Shown in pieces: positions 57,467 to 64,000 of a stretch of 64,000 nucleotides of DNA (its first letter is position 1; each line of letters starts with the position of its first letter). Made by a program: the position numbers and the translations under genes. The notes under the pieces were generated by a model. That model ran no database searches, was not told where the DNA came from, and was given only the letters and a program-made list of their open reading frames with translations. The DNA is taken from assembly GCA_043802865.1 (NCBI GenBank), contig JAZDKQ010000023.1, positions 607-64,606 of the forward strand. Reading direction: 5' to 3'. Origin of the DNA: Candidatus Moraniibacteriota bacterium. GTDB lineage: Bacteria; Patescibacteriota; Minisyncoccia; Moranbacterales; UBA11712.

Positions 57467-58576
57467 TTATATTTTATTCAAATTAAATTCGCTCAAACTT
57501 TTTTCGATATGGTTCTTTATTTTATTTTTGAATATCTCCCTGTCAAACGGCAGGGCTCTTTCGCGGATCTTTTGGGAATCGAAATCATCAGAATTGAATT
57601 TTTGCAGAATTTCTGTGAGCGCTTCGGAAGTTTGTTCGTCAAAAAACAAGCCTTCCTGTCCTTCCCTGACATGTTCCACGATATCTCCCCCGCGGAAAGC
57701 GATGATCGGCTTTCCGGAGGCCAATGCCTCGATCGCAACTATGCCGAAATCTTCTTCTTGCGGAAAAATGAAGGCTTTGGCGCGGGCATAAGTCCGGGAA
57801 AGCTGTTCATCACTCAATCTGCCCGTGAATTCAATGTTGGAATGAGCCATTTTCATGAGCCTTTTTTTGTCCGGGCCTTGACCCCCGATTATTTTGAGTG
57901 GCCAGCCCAATTTGTTGAACGCTTCAATCACAATATCAAATCGTTTGTAAGTCATCAAACGGCCAACCATCAAAAAATAATTTTCTTTTTTTTCATCAAG
58001 ATGAAATTTGTTGACATCCACCGGCGGATTGATCACTGTCGAATTTTTTCTGTAGTATTTTTTTATCCGACTTGCCACGAATTTTGAGTTGGCGATATAT
58101 TCATCTGGCCGGTCGGCGCTCATCCGATCCCAGATCCGGATATAGTTCATGAAAAAAGGCGTAATTTTTTTGACGAATCTCGGAAAACCGAATTCTTCGA
58201 TATACTTTTGGCAGTCATCCCAGGCATATCTCATCGGCGTATGACAATAGCAAATGTGGAGTGTCTCAAGCGGAGTTATCACGCCTTTTGCATAGCTCGA
58301 AGAATCAGAAAGAACAATGTCGTATTTTGAAAGATCGAATTGCTCGATCGCCGGCGGCATCAAAGGCGGGAAAATGCGATGATTTTTGCGGGTATAGGGA
58401 AATTTTTGGAGAAATGAGGTGTATATTCTCTTCCCTTTGAAAATTCCGTGCGTTTTCTCCTCGTCGTATATCAGCGTATAAATAGGCGCATGTGGCCAAA
58501 TCTCAGTGAAACATTCAAGGACTCTCTCCGCGCCTCCATATTGCACCAAATAATCGTGAACCAAGGCTATTTTCAT
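57467..58576 (-). CDS. GT4 glycosyltransferase (WbaZ-like)
   Basis: KIALVHDYL...GGAERV, YCHTPMRYAWD, EEDFGI..IEA.ASG. Confidence 0.93.
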   Translation of the reverse strand: MKIALVHDYLVQYGGAERVLECFTEIWPHAPIYTLIYDEEKTHGIFKGKRIYTSFLQKFPYTRKNHRIFPPLMPPAIEQFDLSKYDIVLSDSSSYAKGVITPLETLHICYCHTPMRYAWDDCQKYIEEFGFPRFVKKITPFFMNYIRIWDRMSADRPDEYIANSKFVASRIKKYYRKNSTVINPPVDVNKFHLDEKKENYFLMVGRLMTYKRFDIVIEAFNKLGWPLKIIGGQGPDKKRLMKMAHSNIEFTGRLSDEQLSRTYARAKAFIFPQEEDFGIVAIEALASGKPIIAFRGGDIVEHVREGQEGLFFDEQTSEALTEILQKFNSDDFDSQKIRERALPFDREIFKNKIKNHIEKSLSEFNLNKI

Positions 58577-58909
58577 ATATAAATACTAGCTCTTTTCCGC
58601 AATTTTGGCAATAAAAAAGGTTTATGGTTTTCCATAAGCCTGGCTTACGATTTCTTTATCCTGCTTCTCTAAGCAGTTATATAGGCGACGAAGGAAATTG
58701 CCGTGCATGCAATTCCATATAATCCCCAGACAACTGCTTCCTGTGGGTTAGACTTTGCCTTCCATACGGAGATTACAGGTGCTGGCAATGCCATACCCAA
58801 AAATAAGATATGAATACCTAACTTTAAAAGATGCGTAGAGCGCCTCCTATTTCTGGATTTTATTCAATTTTTCGGGAACATTGTAGTTTGGAGCAAAACG
58901 TGGAATTTG

Positions 58910-59506
58910 TCAAGTTTTTTTGCCATTTCCCAAGATTTCCGCTGATTCGCGTTTTTTGATGAGACTAATCACGATAAGCGCGAGGATGGCGCAGGCAAAA
59001 ATCACCACGCCGGCATATTTGATATATTGGCTGATTTGGGCGGCGGCGTAGCCGAAGAAATATCCGAGAATGACGAGAAGCGAACTCCAGACAAGCCCGC
59101 CGAGGATGGAATATTTGATGAATTTCAAAAGTTTCATTCGGAGTGCTCCTGCGAGAGTGAAAGTGATATAGCTCAAGCCGGTTGTTGATTTGACATAAAA
59201 TATAAGCTTTCCGCTGTTCTGATGAAATTTGTCTTCGAGCTTATTGACTGTCGCGTCTTTTATTTTCAAGAATTTTTGCGCTTTTTCAATAATTTTCGGC
59301 CCGCCAAAATATCCGATGAAATACAAGCCGATATCTCCCAGAACATCTCCGACGACGCTCAAAAGAAAAACAATCCCCACGTTGAAATATCCCTGCGAGG
59401 CGAGAAAAGCAGCGATCATAGTCGCGAAAGGCCCCTCGAAAAACATCAAAACAAACATCAGTGGATATCCCCAGTATGGAAGAAGGTGGAGAAAATCTTG
59501 ATTCAT
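58910..59506 (-). CDS. DedA family membrane protein
   Basis: EGP, GD...Y.IG..GG, AGA.RM...F. Confidence 0.9.
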   Translation of the reverse strand: MNQDFLHLLPYWGYPLMFVLMFFEGPFATMIAAFLASQGYFNVGIVFLLSVVGDVLGDIGLYFIGYFGGPKIIEKAQKFLKIKDATVNKLEDKFHQNSGKLIFYVKSTTGLSYITFTLAGALRMKLLKFIKYSILGGLVWSSLLVILGYFFGYAAAQISQYIKYAGVVIFACAILALIVISLIKKRESAEILGNGKKT

Positions 59507-60921
59507 AAGTTCTTTCTTTTCTTTAATAACACAAAAAAAGTCTTGAATAGTATTTCAATATCCATCCACATGGACCAATTTTCGATATAATAAATATCGA
59601 GGCGCGCTTCGTCGGTGAAGCTCAAGTCGGATCGGCCGGATATTTGAGCGAGTCCCGTCACGCCGGGTTTAATGGAAAGAGTTCTTTTTTGCCAAGTTTC
59701 ATATTTTTCCACTTCGCGCGGTTGATGCGGACGCGGACCAACAAGACCCATATCGCCTTTTAATACATTGAACAATTGCGGAAGTTCATCAATTGAAAGA
59801 GCTTCGATGATTCTGCCGACGCGAGTTTTTCGAGGATCATTTCTGATCTTGTAAAGCGGTCCCTTGCGGACGCTTTGAGTCTCAATCAATTTCTTTTCAA
59901 GTTTCATGGCTTCTTCTTGATTTGGATTTTGCGCTCCGACACACTGATCAATCTTCATATAGCGAAACTTGAATACATTGAAGTTTCCGTTGTGTCCCAC
60001 TCGTTCGTTTTTGAAAATGATCGGACCTCGAGAATCAAGCCTGATGGCAATCGCGATGAGAATCAATATTGGAGAAGTGATTATGATCCCAAAAAAAGAG
60101 CCGATTATGTCAAAAATTCTTTTGGCGATCTTCCCCCATCCGTCGAGGGGGGTGTTTTTGATCGCGATCACCGGTTCGTCAAAAAGGGTTCTGATCTCGA
60201 AATTTGTGCTCACAGACTGGAGAATCGCCGGAACGAATTTGAGTTCGATGCGATTGCGATGGGAAAAATCACTCAATAGGCGAAGCTCGTTCATTTGCAC
60301 GTTTGGATCGCAAACCAAAATTTCATCAATGCCTCTTTCTTTGTGGATTTGTCGCAAAGAGTCTATGTCAATTGAAGACTCTTGAGAGATTATTTTGTAT
60401 CCGTGTCCCGGATTTCCCTTGAACTCATGGCAAACCGTGTCGCAATATCCGCTTTTTCCGATGAGAGCGAGGCGATGCATGCCAATCCCTTTGTAGATCA
60501 AAAGAATTTTTTGCGTGAGGTTCACGGCATAGCGTGACAAGCTGATGAATACAATGGACAGCGCCCAAGCGGAAAGAATGATGAATCGTGAAGAAAACCA
60601 TTCTCGCTGGAGAAATATAGCGAGGATGACAAGCGTCATTCCAACTGAAATTGAAAAAGATATTTGTAAAAATTCCCGCCAAAAAGTGCGGGTTGTTTTC
60701 AACGCGTATAGTCCTTCAAGCGCAAAAATGATCAGAAAAACAGGCGCAACGAGAAGGATAATTTTGATATAGGATAAGAAAGAGAATTGAAACAAGACCG
60801 GTTTGATCTCGATGATGCCGGGAGTGAAACGCAACCAATATGCGACTGCTCCCGCAAGAACGATCATCAAAAAATCGGCGGGAACAAGAAGCGCGGCGAA
60901 AAATAATTCAGACTTTTTCAT
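59503..60921 (-). CDS. undecaprenyl-phosphate sugar phosphotransferase (WcaJ/WbaP family)
   Basis: KRIFD, KFRYM, DPRKT..G, SIDELPQL, VGPRP, KPGVTGLAQ. Confidence 0.95.
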   Translation of the reverse strand: MKKSELFFAALLVPADFLMIVLAGAVAYWLRFTPGIIEIKPVLFQFSFLSYIKIILLVAPVFLIIFALEGLYALKTTRTFWREFLQISFSISVGMTLVILAIFLQREWFSSRFIILSAWALSIVFISLSRYAVNLTQKILLIYKGIGMHRLALIGKSGYCDTVCHEFKGNPGHGYKIISQESSIDIDSLRQIHKERGIDEILVCDPNVQMNELRLLSDFSHRNRIELKFVPAILQSVSTNFEIRTLFDEPVIAIKNTPLDGWGKIAKRIFDIIGSFFGIIITSPILILIAIAIRLDSRGPIIFKNERVGHNGNFNVFKFRYMKIDQCVGAQNPNQEEAMKLEKKLIETQSVRKGPLYKIRNDPRKTRVGRIIEALSIDELPQLFNVLKGDMGLVGPRPHQPREVEKYETWQKRTLSIKPGVTGLAQISGRSDLSFTDEARLDIYYIENWSMWMDIEILFKTFFVLLKKRKNL

Positions 60922-60934
60922 ACTATAAATTGAG

Positions 60935-61336
60935 ATTAGTCGGGGCCTATAAGCCGGATTCTGTATCCCGCCAAAGCGGGACGATAATCATTTATCTAGC
61001 CCAGACATTGCTGTCGGGGTCGAGCGTTTTCTCTATTTTAAAAAATAGAGTACAAACTTGCACCAAGCAGGGTTTACCAAATTCCAATTATTGCTAATTG
61101 GTTCCGACCGCAGCTGGATACTTTGCGCGAGCTCAATATCCAACACCAGTCGGCTTTTCACCTTTGTCCGCCGAAGAGGCGGATAGTATTGTCTCTGTGG
61201 CACTTTCCCTAAATATATTTTTCAATATACCCGATGGGGGTTACCCATTGCTCTTTTTGTCCCGCTAAGCGGGACAGGTGTCCGGACTTTCCTCCTCGCC
61301 CATAAAGGGTGAGGCGATTATCCAGCCCTGACTAAC
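60935..61336 (-). ncRNA. rnpB: RNase P RNA
   Basis: GAGGAAAGTCCGG, AAAGTGCCACAGA, GGTAAACCC, ACAGAATCCGGCTTAT; complementary termini. Confidence 0.95.
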
Positions 61337-61341
61337 TTAAT

Positions 61342-61370
61342 ACTATAATATCTTTGAAAAAATTTGTCAA
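61342..61370 (-). promoter_or_regulatory. rnpB promoter
   Basis: TTGACA-17-TATAGT just upstream of the RNA 5' end. Confidence 0.75.
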
Positions 61371-61410
61371 GCCCTCAAAATAGAAAAATATTGCTTTATA
61401 TAAAGCAATA

Positions 61411-61848
61411 TTAGAACATTCGGCTTTGAGCCCGAGTGGCTTCATCAAGGGCGAGATTGGCAAGTCGGTCGGCTTCAGTGTTTTTTCCGCGCGGAATATG
61501 AGTATATTTCACATCTCCAAAGTCGATGGAAAGATTCCAGATCTGGAGAAAAAATTTCTGGATATTTTCATCATTGAGCTTGTACTCGTGATTCATTTGC
61601 TTGACAACCAATTCGCTGTCAAGAAAACATTCAACGGACAACGATTTCGTCTTTGTTTTTCCATAGAGCAACTTCACTTTTTGAAGCGCAAAAAGCAAAG
61701 CCTTGTATTCCGCTTCGTTGTTTGTCGCGTATCCGATGAATTCGCGATAAGTTTTTTTCGAACCGGCAGACTCGATCACAACCCCGATTCCGGACGGACC
61801 AGGGTTCCCTCGCGCCCCGCCATCGGTGAAAATTTTGATTTTGTTCAT
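61411..61848 (-). CDS. rnhA: ribonuclease HI family protein
   Basis: TDGGARGNPG, TNNEAEY, DSELVVKQ, N.EADRLAN. Confidence 0.92.
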   Translation of the reverse strand: MNKIKIFTDGGARGNPGPSGIGVVIESAGSKKTYREFIGYATNNEAEYKALLFALQKVKLLYGKTKTKSLSVECFLDSELVVKQMNHEYKLNDENIQKFFLQIWNLSIDFGDVKYTHIPRGKNTEADRLANLALDEATRAQSRMF

Positions 61849-63545
61849 TGTTTTTTGATATCAATTATATTCAGTTCCAATTTTCGACTGCCATTCCATT
61901 CGTTCGAACGCAGACAGAAAACAGCTTCGATCTTGTCTCCGGGTTTGAATTCCGGGAATCTTTCCCCGCTTTTCCAAAATATGCCTTCAATGATCTTAGA
62001 CTTTCCAGCTGCAAATGAAAATTTGAGATGTTTTTGGCTGTTGCCGACCATTTTTATTTCCCGGACGATCAAGCCCTTCGAAAGAAAGACTGGTTCGCAG
62101 TTTCCTTGTCCAAAGGGCTCAAATTTTTTTATTTCCGCGTGCAGATCCCAGTCGATTTCTTCCGATTTCACTTCGGTGTCTATGAGCAATTTTTTGCCCC
62201 ATTTTTCCGCGTCGTACTCTTTTTCGATCATCTTCAGCAACTCTTTTTCAAATATTTTGATATTTTTCGGCTTTATCTTGAGTCCCATCGCCTGTTTGTG
62301 TCCACCATATTTTTCGGTGTGTCGGTCAAGCGCCGAGACGGCGGAAACAATATCAAAAGATTCAATGCTTCTACCTGATCCTTCAAAAAGATTTTCGCCT
62401 TCTTTGAAAAGAAAAACGGGGCAATGATATTCGTCGCAAATTTTTCCCGCGACAACCCCGACAATTCCGAGCGGCCAATGCTCTCCGCTTCTCACGATCA
62501 GTTTATGAATCTTTTTGTCGTCGATTGTGCTCTTCACTTCTTTGTATACTTGCTGGGATACTTTTTGTCGCTGGGTATTCATGCTTTCCACTTCAAGCGC
62601 TAAAATACGGGCTTTCACGGGGTCGTTTTCGAGAAGCAAGTTGAGTGCGAGGTCGGCATGATCCATCCGGCCGCTTGCGTTGAGGCGCGGACCTATCTGA
62701 AAAGCGACATTTTCGGCGGTTGGGGGATTTTTCTCTCCAATAGGAAGCCGGGCGGATTGGATGATCTCCACAAGTCCCGTTCGCTTGGTTTTTTGGAGAA
62801 CAATGAGACCGAACTTCGCAAAAATCCTGTTTTCCGAGGTGAGGGGTACGCAATCGGCAATAGTTCCAATCGCAACGATGTCCAAAAACCATTTCAACTG
62901 GTCAATTTTTTTGGGAAGAAACTTTTCAAAAATTGCTTGAGCCAGCTTAAACGCAACTCCTGCTCCCGCAAGATCCGGAAAGGGGTATTTTTGGCCGGGA
63001 AGTTTCGGGTTTATTATCGTGCAGTTTGTTGGCAATTTTTTCGGAACGGAATGGTGATCAGTGACGATCACTCCAATTCCCTGTTTCTGGGCATATTTGA
63101 TCTCCTCCCAATTCGACATTCCGCAATCAACGGTGATGATCAGCGCGGGATCGTATCTTGATTTTATGAGATCAATCGCCGCGATATTCAGTCCATAGCC
63201 TTCTTTGTTGCGATCGGGGATATAGACGGCCGGCGCGAAGCCGATTTTTTCCAAAACTTCCTTGAGAAGCACTGAGGATGTGAGGCCGTCAGCGTCATAA
63301 TCTCCAAATATTGTTATTGCTTCATTTTTTTTTTGCGCTTTTCCAATTCTTTCAATTGCCTCATTTATTCCGGACAGACCAAATGGAGAAAGCAGGTCTT
63401 CGTATTTGCTTTGAAAAAATTTCTCAATTTCTTGAGGTTTTTTGATATTTCTGGCGAGAAGCAATTGAATGGTCGTTGAATTCAGGCGAAGCTTCTCGAG
63501 CTCTTCCGGAATTTTTTGAACGGGCCGCAATGTCCATTTTTTCAT
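61845..63545 (-). CDS. recJ: ssDNA exonuclease RecJ
   Basis: GDYDADG, TVDCG, TDHH, GTIAD, PRLNASGR, GSGRS, GGH. Confidence 0.96.
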   Translation of the reverse strand: MKKWTLRPVQKIPEELEKLRLNSTTIQLLLARNIKKPQEIEKFFQSKYEDLLSPFGLSGINEAIERIGKAQKKNEAITIFGDYDADGLTSSVLLKEVLEKIGFAPAVYIPDRNKEGYGLNIAAIDLIKSRYDPALIITVDCGMSNWEEIKYAQKQGIGVIVTDHHSVPKKLPTNCTIINPKLPGQKYPFPDLAGAGVAFKLAQAIFEKFLPKKIDQLKWFLDIVAIGTIADCVPLTSENRIFAKFGLIVLQKTKRTGLVEIIQSARLPIGEKNPPTAENVAFQIGPRLNASGRMDHADLALNLLLENDPVKARILALEVESMNTQRQKVSQQVYKEVKSTIDDKKIHKLIVRSGEHWPLGIVGVVAGKICDEYHCPVFLFKEGENLFEGSGRSIESFDIVSAVSALDRHTEKYGGHKQAMGLKIKPKNIKIFEKELLKMIEKEYDAEKWGKKLLIDTEVKSEEIDWDLHAEIKKFEPFGQGNCEPVFLSKGLIVREIKMVGNSQKHLKFSFAAGKSKIIEGIFWKSGERFPEFKPGDKIEAVFCLRSNEWNGSRKLELNIIDIKKQ

Positions 63546-64000
63546 AGATTCAAATCGCACTTTGGACACCTGAATGATGCGTCCAAGCCTTTCCCTTCGA
63601 TTTTCGGAGTGAGCTCAAGAATTATCTTGCTGTGACAATTCGGGCATTCAAAGCCGGGCAACCCCATCTTTTTGGCAAGTGCCGGCGCGCTCCAGCCAAA
63701 ATAATCAAAACCGATCTGAAATGAACTGCTTGCTGAAATCAGGTTTTTCACCCTGTTGACGACTTCACGCGGAGTCATCGATCCTTGCACAATGAAAGCA
63801 TCGATGTCCAATTCTTTGGCGCGCTTGCGATCTTCTTCTCGTCCAAGGTGACTGATGATTGCTATGGGAACATCTTTTGTGTCGATGTTTTCGCGGAGAG
63901 CGGAGATGAGCTGAAAGCCATCCATTCGGGGCATGATAATCCCGGTCATGATCACATCGAAACTTCCCTTGGAAATAAGGTCTATGCCTTCAACTCCATC
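63542..64000 (-). CDS. atypical response-regulator receiver with C-terminal zinc ribbon (5' end outside window)
   Basis: DG.EG...FDVIMTGIIMPRMDGF, then CPNC..CPKC. Confidence 0.8.
   Translation of the reverse strand, partial: DGVEGIDLISKGSFDVIMTGIIMPRMDGFQLISALRENIDTKDVPIAIISHLGREEDRKRAKELDIDAFIVQGSMTPREVVNRVKNLISASSSFQIGFDYFGWSAPALAKKMGLPGFECPNCHSKIILELTPKIEGKGLDASFRCPKCDLNL

Noticed and set aside
58669-58850. Hydrophobic - strand reading frame between dedA and GT4
   Set aside because: No convincing start and interrupted by stops; at most a decayed gene.
61167-61183. TCCGCC-GAAGA-GGCGGA in rnpB resembling the 30-bp element
   Set aside because: Single hairpin at the P12 position, which canonically starts with CCGCC; explained by RNA structure.

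Overview
Bacterial chromosomal DNA, about 42-45% GC by eye. The gene content, AT-rich core-gene starts without Shine-Dalgarno sites, DUF4012/LCP/GT4 clusters, archaeal-type pyrH and presence of L9 suggest Patescibacteria (CPR), probably Parcubacteria/Moranbacteria-like (inference). Core genes: gltX, iscS/iscU, pyrH, rpmA, pyrG, rplI, ctpA, folD, priA-def-fmt, groES, ftsEX, frameshifted prfB, lepA, murJ, rnhA, recJ, three tRNAs and rnpB. There are three cell-surface glycan gene blocks. Main findings: (1) a tightly coupled glycan operon containing a divergent RtcB RNA-ligase homologue and a thymidylate-kinase-like gene between glycosyltransferases and a Wzx flippase; (2) a 30-bp double-hairpin element in 8 copies, several inserted in frame in proteins such as LepA, Fmt and RtcB, with nested copies and an empty/filled site pair, plus several other palindrome families also inside ORFs; (3) accessory genes arrayed downstream of tRNA-Gln, separated by att-like junctions carrying a conserved antisense coding remnant, and a GIY-YIG gene bracketed by duplicated tRNA 5' ends; (4) a 60-bp inverted-repeat element inserted at the rplI start codon that rebuilds it as GTG. 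No CRISPR array, rRNA or transposase was seen. All product calls come from motif recognition, not database searches.
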